Under the pieces are notes generated by a model. The model did not search any database. It was not told the origin of the DNA and worked only from the letters and a program-made list of their open reading frames with translations. From Oopsacas minuta (Eukaryota > Animalia > Porifera), in NCBI GenBank assembly GCA_024704765.1, contig JAKMXF010000302.1, positions 248,001 through 312,000 on the forward strand: a stretch of DNA of 64,000 bases. Reading direction: 5' to 3'. Each line of letters begins with the position of its first letter. Within the stretch, counting starts at the first letter, position 1. Of the stretch, positions 12,901 to 22,874 are shown in pieces. A program made the translations under genes and the position numbers.

Positions 12901-14020
12901 CACCAATAAGGAATGTTTTCAGTTGTGTGTTGGCATGTTAACTATGTATCTAGATAGTAATCAGAAAACTATGATAATACTATTCTTTAAATAACTACTT
13001 CTAATTTGTGTCAAAGTTAAAAATATCAAATATTAGATGATCATTAATAAATATGTATATTACGTAACTATATTTGTAGAATTCCTAAGAGAATACTAGG
13101 TTACTAGGCAAGCAGGGGGATTACGTATTCAGAATGACCCCAAGTCATCTCCGAAATTCCCAAGCTATGTAAGTACCACATATTTTATCCAGGAATTGTT
13201 GCTAGACAAATGAGGTATGCAACAGTAACAGTTATTAACAAAAGTAATTCCTAATCAAAATAATAACTCACCCTGATTATCTCGTATAGTAATAGCAGCA
13301 ATATCAAAATTTTCCATCACATCCAAAAATGGATTTGTGGCGTTACAGGAGTACAGACCATTCTGTGATGAACTAACAAAACTGAATACAAGCTCATCAC
13401 CTAGAGTAATCACCAACGGGTATCTCTCTTCTACCAAAACTCTATTATGAAACCATGTTATATTAGGGCGAGGGTGAGAGCTGATTAGTTGGATAGGGCA
13501 GGTTAGAGAGAAAGACGAATTTGGAGATATTATTTTTCTATCCGGAACCTCCATAACCACACTGAAATCTGTTTTTAAATATTTATAATTGTTTGTACAT
13601 AAAATTATTCAGAGATTATATCACTTACAAGCTAGTTTGAGCTCCAAAGAAGAGCTAACTATTTTTCCATAACTATTCTCCGCTACACAAGTATAAGTAC
13701 CCTGATCATCGGAAGAGAATTGAGGGATTTCCAGAGTATCCGAAGCGATCATGTATTTGGTATTCGAGTCAGTGATTATAGTATCATTAAAATACCATAT
13801 CAGAGTAAATTGGCCTCCTGATACTGCACACGTGAGAGTATGAGATGCTCTCTCTACAACTGTGGTTGTACCTTTTATTACGATATCCGTAAGGTATTGA
13901 GCATTAGAAAATCCTGGAATGAAATATAAAGTTGAAAAGAATATAAACAGTGTAGAAATTAGACTTACCTAGAATGCAAATTAGACAAATAACTAGAAAT
14001 AAAGTTATTTTCTGTTTCAT
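3992..14020 (-). CDS. Single-pass IgSF receptor: signal peptide + 6 Ig + 5 FN3 + TM + long Ser/Pro-rich tail, multi-exon
   Basis: Signal exon MKQKITLFLVICLICILG at 14020-13969. Ig exons at 13913-13629, 13568-13272, 12696-12603+12540-12353, 12288-12031, ~11971-11821+~11767-11640, ~11577-11250, with C..W..(D/S)xGxYxC motifs. FN3 exons at ~11196-9534. TM exon from 8808. Small exon ending 8520, terminal exon 4919-3992. Splice phases are compatible at the junctions checked. Confidence 0.85.
5068..8430 (+). CDS. ATP1A: Na+/K+-ATPase alpha subunit (P2C), single ORF, nested in the last intron of the Ig/FN3 receptor
   Basis: TGES, VANVPEGLLATVTV, CSDKTGTLT, KGAPE, MVTGDHP, TGDGVNDSPAL, YTLTSNIPEITP, CIDLGTD, QWADLLICKT, C-terminal ETYY. 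Confidence 0.97.
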   Translation: MSSGFMELSEKDGDVESISSPTSRRRAKCIAKNANDEGQKTVKVVLDPSQTRIPHFVSVDVLRVSEGRPHPLSRVRKFMNRLIWWRKDDEQMRELKSEVHFEEHLMSIEDVEIKYSTNQVLGLTTEQSEAELQKNGMNCLSPPKSTPEVVKFAKHMFSGFSSLLLIASAMCLLLFVVTTAKTGNYHQQEDNLYLGVVLFLVVIVTSCFSYYQEAKSAFIMKGFLKLIPQNATAIRNGLAQEVDPRKLVVGDLVIVNSGDRIPADLRLVHADRFKVDNSTLTGESESLTRTPHNTITEPLEATNLAFFSTFAVEGQCKGIVVRTGDNTMMGRIASLTGNIEQRITPIAREIHHFIKIISAVAVFIGLLCFIILVFSPKEESIVLYILSFIIDFPWEYQLDRVLEHILKAFVFLVGIIVANVPEGLLATVTVCLSLTATKMKKENCLVKHLEAVETLGSTSTICSDKTGTLTQNKMTCMHLYYDRNIYQCTSLPMAMQTVCVDEARKTGTWEWLFRVACLCNKVNFLKDNIEENIPILQWKYVNGDASEAAILKAFELEVGGSLECREKYPKVAEIPFNSKNKYQISIHRQPNDINYLLVMKGAPEVVFNKCDKIMLNGNQEMMTEREEEFRIEFERSSLDLASKGERVLGFCYTILPQNQFPADYIFDTEEPNFPLDGYCFAGMFGLVDPPREGVKEAVDTCREAGINVVMVTGDHPATARAIARTVNIITTDGPTADEIAVEKDVSIFANSIQLEEIRSIVIHGSILAKMQAFELDYILNTFDEVVFSRTSPQQKLIIVEAYQRQGKIVAVTGDGVNDSPALKQANIGIAMGISGADVSKQAADMILMDDNFSSIVTGVKEGRLIFDNLKKSIAYTLTSNIPEITPFLLFILLKIPRPLDTIHILCIDLGTDLLPAISLAYEPAESEIMQRKPRNPKKDRLVNSRLIAMCYAQIGMLQAAAGFLTYFIIMGVNGFLPLCLFGISERWDNNDVNNLEDSYGVEWSYQARKQLEYTCNTGFFVSIVITQWADLLICKTRKNSIFLQRRINYWMIAGLIFETVLALFLTYTPVINHVLKMYPLRLEWLTLPLSFTVVIFCYDETRKWLLRKYPKGWVDRETYY
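12709..12801. mobile_element. 93-bp MITE, Tc1/mariner-pogo type
   Basis: 24-bp terminal inverted repeats: CAATGGAACTTCGTTAATATGAAC (12709-12732) versus the reverse complement of 12778-12801, CAGTGGAACTTCGTTAATACGAAC (22/24 identical). Flanked by TA at 12707-8 and 12802-3. Confidence 0.85.
12844..12860. repeat. (GACA)4 microsatellite in a receptor intron
   Basis: gacagacagacagacag read directly. Confidence 0.7.
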
Positions 14021-14572
14021 TGGAGTATCTCTACTGTAAATAGGAGTTTGTACATAATATGTGGGAGTAGCGAATAAGTGGGTTATATATAGTGTTTATA
14101 TGCTGTAGTAACATTGGTGTGTTGGAAGTTGACAACATTATCTACGTAGAATCAGAGTAATGGGTTTAGAAAGTATACCGGTGATTCATTATAATTCCAT
14201 CCATTTGTACCAGCAGAACAGTATAAAGTAATATATTGTGCCTTTGTCTGTATAGAAAATTGTTGTCATAACATGCTTACACAATACTGGGTAGTGATCT
14301 GAATCAATCTACAGTTAGCATCTGAAAAGCTTAGAATGAAGTATATTGGCGAGCATAATTGGTTTAGGACTATTTGCCAGGGCTGTTATAAGTCTCCAAT
14401 CCGACTCTGATTATGAGGCTTTATTTGCATGGCTAAATATAACTAACCATTAACCTATGCCATCCATAGGTATTCTCCATATGAATAGGCAATATTAAAT
14501 ACAACCAATGCACCAAAAGCAATCTCAAAACACAGCACATAGAATTATCTACTGACTGAAATAAGGTGGAGA

Positions 14573-15052
14573 ATGGCAGTAATAGCAAACGATATCTCAA
14601 AAGACATCGGTATTGTCTACTCGCGGTTATTCGACAATCAATCGGCAATAAACGCAGAATCTAAAAATATGTTATACGAGTTTGAGACAAAGAGAGGAGA
14701 CAAAGAATTGATAAAGATGAATTCGAGTGTAGAGATGATCTCCACAGTTAACAACGAATTGTTTCCAAATATTGTGAAGGTAGCAAAAGATAATATTCAG
14801 AATATGAACGAGAAAGTAAAAGCAACCACAGAGAAGACGGATGAGATTTTAAACGAAAATAATTCATTTCAACTTAACCTTTCCGATGAAAAGAAAGCAC
14901 TTGAGGAAGAATGGGAGAAGTTTCAGAGCTGGTTGGTGATAGAACGAGAAAAAGTTGACAGTAAATTTGTGAAACAGATGTCTGAACTGAGGGAGAACTT
15001 CTCTGATATTGATGGACTCACAAGCTCAGGAAAACAACCAAAAAACGATTGA
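14573..15052 (+). CDS. BLOC1S5: BLOC-1 subunit 5 (Muted)
   Basis: KDIGIVYSRLFDNQSAINAESKNMLYEFETKRG resembles the recalled Muted N-terminus. Coiled coil with W..F near the C-terminus; 159 aa. Confidence 0.82.
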   Translation: MAVIANDISKDIGIVYSRLFDNQSAINAESKNMLYEFETKRGDKELIKMNSSVEMISTVNNELFPNIVKVAKDNIQNMNEKVKATTEKTDEILNENNSFQLNLSDEKKALEEEWEKFQSWLVIEREKVDSKFVKQMSELRENFSDIDGLTSSGKQPKND

Positions 15053-15211
15053 AACAGCAGTATATGTATATGATTAATTAGCCTGATATTGAATAATCAT
15101 AATTAATAAATATTAGCGACTACATTTCGACAAAATGCTATTATAACCAATTATTGCTAGACCTATAAGTCAGATATGTGCTATACTATATACATCAGTT
15201 TCTATAGAAAC

Positions 15212-16253
15212 TTAGTCCAAAAGTGATTTCATTTGATTTCCAATTCCAGCTGGAGATTTTGTGACAACAACACCCGCATCTTCTAGAGATTTAATCTTCA
15301 TTTCAGCTCCTCCTTTTCCTCCTGAAATTATAGCTCCTGCATGCCCCATCCTCCTACCGGGAGGGGCAGTTAGTCCTGCGATAAACCCGACTACTGGTTT
15401 TCTGTTTGGACCTTTGTTGTGCTCCTTGAGATATTCAGCTGCCTCTTCCTCAGCTGATCCACCTATCTCTCCTATCATTACAATACCCTTTGTGATTGGG
15501 TTTCGCAGAAACCATTCTATACAGTCTATGAAACTTGTCCCATTGAAAGGATCACCCCCTATTCCAATAACGAGGGATTGACCTAGTCCTGCATTAGTTG
15601 TCTGCCAGACCGCCTCGTAAGCAAGGGTACCGGATCTACTGACAATACCAATTGACCCACTCTTGTGAATATGTCCCGGCATTATTCCTATCTTGCATTC
15701 ATCAGGCCTAATAATACCAGGACAATTGGGACCTATAAACAGACAATAAATATTTAAAATTATTATTATTTAATATTTTCTCTTTACCGATAAGTCTAGT
15801 TTTGTTCTGTTGAGATAGAGCATGGTTTATACGCACCATGTCTTGTTGGGGTACCCCCTCTGTAATACAAACTACTAGAGAGATTTCTTCTTCCAGAGCT
15901 TCCAGGATAGCAGCAGCTGCAAACTGGGGTGGGACAAATATGACCGAGGCATTAGGGTGTACAGTCTTATTAGCTTCCCTCACTGATCCAAAAACTGGCA
16001 AGTTTAAATGTGTTTGCCCGGCTTTTTTAGGGCTAACTCCACCCACAAAATAACTTCCATAAGCAATAGAAGCTTCACAATGAAGAGTAGCTTGCTTGCC
16101 AGTGAAACCCTGACAAATAATCCGAGTATTCCTGTTGATGCCAAGGTTAGGACGAGTATGAGCTTCGTTTTGAGTTGCACTGAAGAACTTACGCAAACGC
16201 TTATATCCAATACGAGTAGATATAGTGTAATATCGGGTAGGGATTTGTAGCAT
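15212..16253 (-). CDS. SUCLG1: Succinyl-CoA ligase alpha subunit, mitochondrial, 2 exons (16253-15788, 15732-15212)
   Basis: [25 protein letters not shown]|PNCPG is joined across a 55-nt intron. SRSGTLAYE and phospho-His motif RRMGHAGAI. Confidence 0.97.
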
Positions 16254-16407
16254 GCTATTATTGTACGCAAAATGAGTAAATTCTTCACAGCAATGAATAA
16301 TATTTAATGTCACAAATATCTATTAATTATCATAACTGTTCTAAAATATATAATCCTGAGTACAGAGTTGAGTACGGAAAGAAAACGCTACAAATAATGT
16401 AAGGAAA

Positions 16408-19400
16408 TTAATCATTCAAGGCAGTCAGGTTCTCAAGACAAACTTTGAATTCATTGATCGAATCTTCATCATTTGCATTTGTAGCTATTTTGAGTGCTTC
16501 TTCAATCAATATTGATGCTCTACTGAAATCATTGTAAGGAGGAAGTATTTGCAAACGTCCTAGATTGAATTTAGCTGTATAATTGTCGGGGTCTAGTTTA
16601 CAAAGTAGTTCTAGATACTCACTGGCTTTATCGAATTGTTTTAATGAATGGTAACCAATAGAAAGTTCTTTCAAAGCTCTAACTTTTGATTGATCAGACG
16701 TATCGCAAGCTATTAACTGCTCCAGCATAGAAAGACCTTGTTCTAACATACTAGCCTGTACACATGCATTGAAAACTAAGAAATAGGATGTAGAAGGGAA
16801 ATTATGTGATTTCAAAAGCTCTGCTATAATAGCAACATCTTTGTTTTGTAGGCAGACATCTAGCTTGGCTATCAACAATGCTTCGCTGTTTGGAAACAAT
16901 TCCAGTCCCTTATCCACCGTAGTGGTAGCGTCTCTAGGAGGACGATTAGATTCTTCCAGTTTATTATACACAGCTTCTATAGATACGAAATGATAATCTC
17001 TTCTCTCTTCATGACGTATACAATCTAGCAACAGTTCATAAGCGGTTGTAAAATCATCCTTGCTTTGATGGTATTCTACAAAAGTGTACATTAAACCGAT
17101 AGATGAGCGATTGAAAACTTTACGCTTCTTGTAAATGGCCATAGAGCTTTGAAAACAGTTATAAGCATCAGCAACTTTTTGAGATAGCACTAGACTTCTA
17201 CACAGATTGTCATAAGCCTGTGCTACCAGGAGATGAGACTTCCCGTAGGCAGCTTCAAACATCTCCAATGCTCGTCTAAAATGTTCCTCCGCTATACTAT
17301 AGTTCTCACGTTGTATCTCAAACAGTCCAATGGCCATAAGAGTATGTGCTATGTCTGGATGATCTCTTCCTAGAGCAGCCTCTCTTATTCTAAGAGCTTC
17401 CTTGTACAGATTCTCAGCTTGAGTGAAGTCATTTTGATAACGATAACACATAGCTAGATTAGTCATTACTCCACCTATATCAGGCGGTAAGGAATCACTA
17501 TATACTTGATTGTATACTTTTAACGCGTCATTAAACGCGTTTATAGCCTCCACATACTGCTTATGTGTGTAATAACATGATCCTATGTTATTGTATGTAT
17601 CTGCTACCAGCTGATGTACTTCACCTAAAGCTTGTTTATGATAGCTTAGAGTAGTTTCAAAGTTCTGTACAGCTTTATCATAATCCTTCTGTCTCATGCA
17701 TAGAATAGCAATACCGTTATAACACATAGCCATGCCTGATAGGTATTTATCACGCGTCTCTTTATCAGGAGCATTGTTAGCTAGTTCTTCTCTGAGACAG
17801 AGTGCACGAGATTGTGCCTCAAATGCCTTCTCAAACTGCTCTGTGTCCACGTAGAAATTACCAAGTTTATTGAGAATATCAGCTAATGTTTCGTCAGGAT
17901 TAGGGTCTTTGCTTGATATCTCTTCTTGTATTTCCTTAGCTTGAATATAGAACTCTTCAGAGAATTGATAGAAACCTGAATCGATAAGGAAACTAGCCAA
18001 ATCATCACAAATCTCTACAATAGAATATCCACTCGTTGCTGTATTAGTTTGTTTGAATGCTTCAAGAGATTCTCTATACGCATCGAACATAGTTTTCCCT
18101 TTCTTCTCAAAGCTAACCCCCAATTCGTTCCAATACCCAATCAAGTCGTATTTAGTACTAGGTGTATATAGACTGTTGAATATGTATATGTTAGAGAGAA
18201 TATTTACTAACTTTTCCTTCTGTCCTGGGATAGTCAGAGTCCTAGATAGAAGATAGGGAAGTTCAGAAGCTACTCGAGCTACTCTTCCCTTATCAATAGG
18301 TTTGTCTTCACTGGGATTAACGATCGGGTCTAGTATTTCTAAGAAAGATTCTGCTAGGTCTTTAGCTGCGTATGAGAAGTCTTCAGGATCAGGAAGATAT
18401 AGATCACGTACTGCTTCATTAAGATCTGAATAAGCGAAGTTTAATATCACTCCGTTTGCTGTTAAATACTTCTCTAATGAGAAGAAAATGTGCGACCACT
18501 CCCTCTGATCAAGCTTGATATTGTGACGAATCTCTTTCTCAGAGAGTCCATTATTACTGACGTGTATTCCAATCATCACCTGTTTTAATACGTCATCACG
18601 TTTAAGAATCAGCTGTGCATCATTTGACAGTCTCTTTATTACTTTAGTGAATAATTCCTTCGTGTTTACTGCCTGCAAACAATCCTGCATATGGGCATCT
18701 AGCTTGAAGAAGTCACCAAACATAACCATCTCTTCTAACACTATGTTAAGATATAGAGGATTGTTACACTGTTTATTACTGAGTATCATTTCTGTTTGGT
18801 AAGGAGAAAGAGCCTTCCCACGGGGAGTCAATACCTGATTGATAATCTCCTCTTGACAGTCATTATCCAAAGATTTGATTTCAAGTGGATGCCATCTCCT
18901 CTTACCGACCAGTTCACGACGGAGCTTAGGATTCTTTGAAGATATAGATACGATAAGATTAACCCCCTTAGGATAAGATTTAGGTAGCCACGAAAGAGGC
19001 CTGCCTTGTTTGCCCAGAGAAAGAGTATGTAATCCATCCAATAGGATGAGAGCGCTACGTTTATGACTAGCAATCTGTTTCAAAACTAATCCTAATTCCT
19101 TAGTAATATCCTTAATAGGTTTAGTAGCTAGCTTCTCAGGATCAGGAGCTGATTCAAATCCTTCAGTCTGTCCCTGTACTTCCAATCCTTCATAAAGCTC
19201 CATTATCATACGCATTAGTATTATTCTAGCGTTGGTGCTACCAGCTGATGTTCCTACGAAATGATAGAATACGATCATGTTCTGGTGGTCGCGTATGAAC
19301 CCTTTCATCCAGTGACACATGACAGATGATTTTCCACCGCCTGGCCCACTGATTAACACGATTGGCTTCTGTCCTACCTCCTCATAAGATATAGAGCTAG

Positions 19401-20343
19401 CTTCACTTGAATTATAAGAAGCTGACGTCATACTATCTTCTACACTAATAGAGTCAAATCGTACAGGGATAACAGCTTGCCCCTTAGCGTGTAGAGTTAA
19501 TTGTGTGAATATATCATTTCCACCTATAAACGGTTTCATTAGTTTACTGGCAAAGAATCCTACATGTCTCTGTAGGAAAATATCCTTGAATGTATTAGCA
19601 GGTTCTACTGTGTTGGGTAATATGGTTTTTAGATAAGTCATGAGTGCAAAATGTATTTTAGTAGCTCCATCTTCTGGCGTGTCATAGTCCTTCATGCTGA
19701 TTAGATGCTGTTTGGAATCTTTTTGTTTGACTTCACGTATCAGCTGGCGACGGAGGTCGTTAGCTTTGTCGTTTTCAGCTCTGTATTTACGAATTTCTCC
19801 TTTCTGTCCAGATACTTCCAAATCTATAACTTTCTGAGTGTCAAATGATTCATTTCTGAAGAAGAAACAAGATGGAATTGTCCCTATCTTGTTGAGATGT
19901 CCATGTCTCATTTCCAGTTCAGTCACACTCCTATGTCTATACTGCATTATCCAACCATAGTCATCTTTAGCTTTCTCAAAATTCTGATCTAACAACTTAT
20001 CAGATCCTGTAGCATCATGCCAGCCGTAACGCATACCATAGAAACCAACAAATATGTCAGAATTGTCAATTTCCTTCAAACACAGCCACATAACCATTGC
20101 ATTATCAGCTGCTTCTTTAGTGATACCCCAGCGTAAATCAATAGGAATAAAATCATAGCCAAACGACTGGCAATATGATGCTATTTCTGGAAAATATTTT
20201 CTAGTTAGTGTTTCCCTCTCGCCTTCCATTCCACCGAAGGGACTGCTAAAGAATACCCGAATGGTTCGGGACTTGGCTCCTTCCTCAGACAAGGCCTGAT
20301 GAACACTTGACTGTAACCGTTCACTTACACTTGACCCTGACAT
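16408..20343 (-). CDS. DUF4062 + NACHT/STAND NTPase + TPR-repeat protein (NPHP3/TEP1/NWD-like module), intronless
   Basis: RVFFSSPF..M..ERE.L...DLRWGIT (DUF4062), Walker A SGPGGGKSS, Walker B LILLDGL, and multiple TPRs (ADTYNNIGSCY, GGVMTNLAMCY, AHTLMAIG). Confidence 0.85.
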   Translation of the reverse strand: MSGSSVSERLQSSVHQALSEEGAKSRTIRVFFSSPFGGMEGERETLTRKYFPEIASYCQSFGYDFIPIDLRWGITKEAADNAMVMWLCLKEIDNSDIFVGFYGMRYGWHDATGSDKLLDQNFEKAKDDYGWIMQYRHRSVTELEMRHGHLNKIGTIPSCFFFRNESFDTQKVIDLEVSGQKGEIRKYRAENDKANDLRRQLIREVKQKDSKQHLISMKDYDTPEDGATKIHFALMTYLKTILPNTVEPANTFKDIFLQRHVGFFASKLMKPFIGGNDIFTQLTLHAKGQAVIPVRFDSISVEDSMTSASYNSSEASSISYEEVGQKPIVLISGPGGGKSSVMCHWMKGFIRDHQNMIVFYHFVGTSAGSTNARIILMRMIMELYEGLEVQGQTEGFESAPDPEKLATKPIKDITKELGLVLKQIASHKRSALILLDGLHTLSLGKQGRPLSWLPKSYPKGVNLIVSISSKNPKLRRELVGKRRWHPLEIKSLDNDCQEEIINQVLTPRGKALSPYQTEMILSNKQCNNPLYLNIVLEEMVMFGDFFKLDAHMQDCLQAVNTKELFTKVIKRLSNDAQLILKRDDVLKQVMIGIHVSNNGLSEKEIRHNIKLDQREWSHIFFSLEKYLTANGVILNFAYSDLNEAVRDLYLPDPEDFSYAAKDLAESFLEILDPIVNPSEDKPIDKGRVARVASELPYLLSRTLTIPGQKEKLVNILSNIYIFNSLYTPSTKYDLIGYWNELGVSFEKKGKTMFDAYRESLEAFKQTNTATSGYSIVEICDDLASFLIDSGFYQFSEEFYIQAKEIQEEISSKDPNPDETLADILNKLGNFYVDTEQFEKAFEAQSRALCLREELANNAPDKETRDKYLSGMAMCYNGIAILCMRQKDYDKAVQNFETTLSYHKQALGEVHQLVADTYNNIGSCYYTHKQYVEAINAFNDALKVYNQVYSDSLPPDIGGVMTNLAMCYRYQNDFTQAENLYKEALRIREAALGRDHPDIAHTLMAIGLFEIQRENYSIAEEHFRRALEMFEAAYGKSHLLVAQAYDNLCRSLVLSQKVADAYNCFQSSMAIYKKRKVFNRSSIGLMYTFVEYHQSKDDFTTAYELLLDCIRHEERRDYHFVSIEAVYNKLEESNRPPRDATTTVDKGLELFPNSEALLIAKLDVCLQNKDVAIIAELLKSHNFPSTSYFLVFNACVQASMLEQGLSMLEQLIACDTSDQSKVRALKELSIGYHSLKQFDKASEYLELLCKLDPDNYTAKFNLGRLQILPPYNDFSRASILIEEALKIATNANDEDSINEFKVCLENLTALND

Positions 20344-21381
20344 ATTTCAAACGAATCTAAGCAAACTATTGTATAATTACACTTAATCCTATAACCAAAT
20401 AAGTGTGTCAACATTAAATAAAACAAGCAATATCAGCATTTCTATATTATATACCATAAACTTAGGTATCTATTGATTAGACTTAAACTTTGGCTAATTA
20501 GACAGTAAACAGTGACAATAAGCTAGTCGATAGATACACCATTTCTCCATAACACCTTTTAAATTACGCCAATTAACTAAGTATTTGCATACATATCTTG
20601 TCTACACTCCTTTATATGTTCAAGATTTGTGGATATCTAACCACATAGCCACGATAACTATTGCTAATCAACAGAAACCACTTGTACATATTTGTGATAA
20701 AACGGATTGCTTTCAATTAAGAATCATCAAAAAAGAAAGAATTGTAGCTCGATTCAGCCGAAATAATTACTAAATATTCGTCCTTCTAGCAATAATTTAT
20801 GAATAAAATACGCTTATATAGAAGTAGCAACCTAAGATGCCTCTAAATAATAATGTCATAAAAATTGCCAAATATCTGAAAAGGGAATTTGGATTATGAG
20901 AAGAGAGGCACCAGTATGGAAATACCTATTGAAGCCTAAGAGAGAGTTAGCAAATAGATGGTGAAATCAGTTGATTACATGAACAAAGAATAATCATACA
21001 CTATTTCTATATATCACTAAAGAATTCAAACTAAATATTGGAATTATCTAAACTTCTGAAAACCTATGTTATCTGCATTTTCTCTAAAGCACTGTCGGCA
21101 CACATTCAAGCCGTATTTCCTTATCAATCCGTGGCGATTTGCACAAATGCGACACTTTCGAGAGCCAGGTCCATATTTCTTTGGATGTGAATTCCACACA
21201 TTTCTATGTCCCATCTTGTTGCTAAGTTATAAGATAATTAGTCTAATATAAAGCAAAATATGTAAAAATTACAAAATCAGTGAATATTTTATAAAAAAGA
21301 AATAGTTTTTAATCAATATTGTAAGTAATATGATTCTTTCAGAAATAATAATAAAATAATGAAAATGTTAACTCTTTGTAA

Positions 21382-22665
21382 TCAGAGAATAGCATCCATC
21401 AGCTGTAACATGTCTTCTGAATCTTTACAGCTGTCAGCCGTCACTACATCTGGTATTGTGAACTCACGCTTAATTTGATTGAGATGTGATTCATCTTTCT
21501 GTTTCGGTACAATTCGAATATCAAAATCATTGTAATTTTCCATTAGAAGATTGTGGGTGGAGAATGCTTCATCCTCAAAGTCATCAAATAGAGTTAATCT
21601 GAATGTATCAGCCTCGCTAACTCCATTCCCAACACCAATCAATCTAGCTAATGCATTCAGTTCTTTAGCAGCTTGTCCCACCTCTACAGGTATAACAGCT
21701 GGAGTAACTACTGCATCTTTATAGGGAGGAATAATAGTACATTTTTCCTCAGAAACTAATATAGATCGAGTTAATGGTGTTTCTGTTTTCAATGCACGAG
21801 CTGTCGCGTACATATTTACACCATATGTTATAGCTCTATCTCCTCTGACTGCGAGACTACCAATATCCTATAAATACTCTCAATATCAACTAACTCACAT
21901 ATCTCAACCAAACAATTACCTTGGTTATACTATACTTCCCAGGGGTATGGAAGAAAGTACGTGATGTCTCACTACCATTTTTATAACTCTTAATAACTCC
22001 AGGAATATCATATGGTTGTACTATTTCTCCTTCAGGTAGCAAGATGAACCTACCACTCGGTAATTGTACATGATCCCTCAGGAATATACTAACTCTTATA
22101 TGAACATCTTGTAAGAATGTCAGTAAGCTTAATCTCACTGCTTGTAGCTTAGAAGTGTTCAGGTTACCGTAGGTTTGTAATATTTTGAGTTTAGTTGTTT
22201 CTAGGAGTTGTTCATGTTCTTTGCTACCAATACACCATGTGTACATAGCATCAAGATGGTTGTAAGTAACAAGTAAGATATCTCGTGGTTCTCGACAGTG
22301 CAACAACTAAATCATGCATTTATCACAGTCATTTAATTATTTTAATAATTAAGAATACTTACCTGATATTTGAATGCCATAACCATGAGGTCATATAGTT
22401 TACTCATACTAGAGGCATTGAGTTTCATAATAGATGCATGAGCTAGTTTTTCGAACACATATTTCATTTCTCTCTTCTTATAAACAGGCTGAGGTGAGAA
22501 TAATTCATTCACAAATTTATCATTCAACATTTGTCCAATAATATCCCTGAGTATTCGTTGAATTCTCTGTTCCTTTAGGTGTTGTGCCGACAATCTCTGA
22601 TCCAATATGTATAACATCTCTCCACCCAGATTAATAAATATTAGAGGGAGAGTAAGTAATGACAT
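21382..22665 (-). CDS. OSCP1: Organic solute carrier partner 1, 3 exons (22665-22363, 22306-21920, 21867-21382)
   Basis: MSLLTLPLIFINLGGEMLYILDQRL, FEKLAHASIMKLN...MSKLYDLMVMAFKYQ, TYNHLD, GDRAITYGVNMY. Phase-0 GT-AG introns. Confidence 0.92.
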
Positions 22666-22874
22666 ATCTTACCGCTAATATAAGAAATTACATTAGCATT
22701 AGACAATCAATAATAGTATTCTAATCAATAATTGTCGCAATCCAACAAGTCAAAACAGCATATTTATTAATTAAATATAAGCTTCATGAAGAAATAATTT
22801 CCAACAACATTCAGGCTAATCATCAAAACAATTACATACCACTATCTACGCGTTAGTCAGTGTGGCATTAGTAA

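Noticed and set aside
14433-14648. Minus-strand ORF with a signal-peptide-like stretch (MCCVLRLLLVHWLYL...) as first exon of the Ig receptor
   Set aside because: All three frames after the nearest acceptor hit stops. A better signal exon with a GTAAGT donor and matching phase exists at 14020-13969. The ORF also overlaps BLOC1S5 antisense.
20344-21381. 1-kb spacer with small ORFs (20585-20773, 21066-21251) as a hidden gene or ncRNA
   Set aside because: No splice-consistent coding signal, terminal repeats or recognisable RNA motif. It is probably UTR or promoter.
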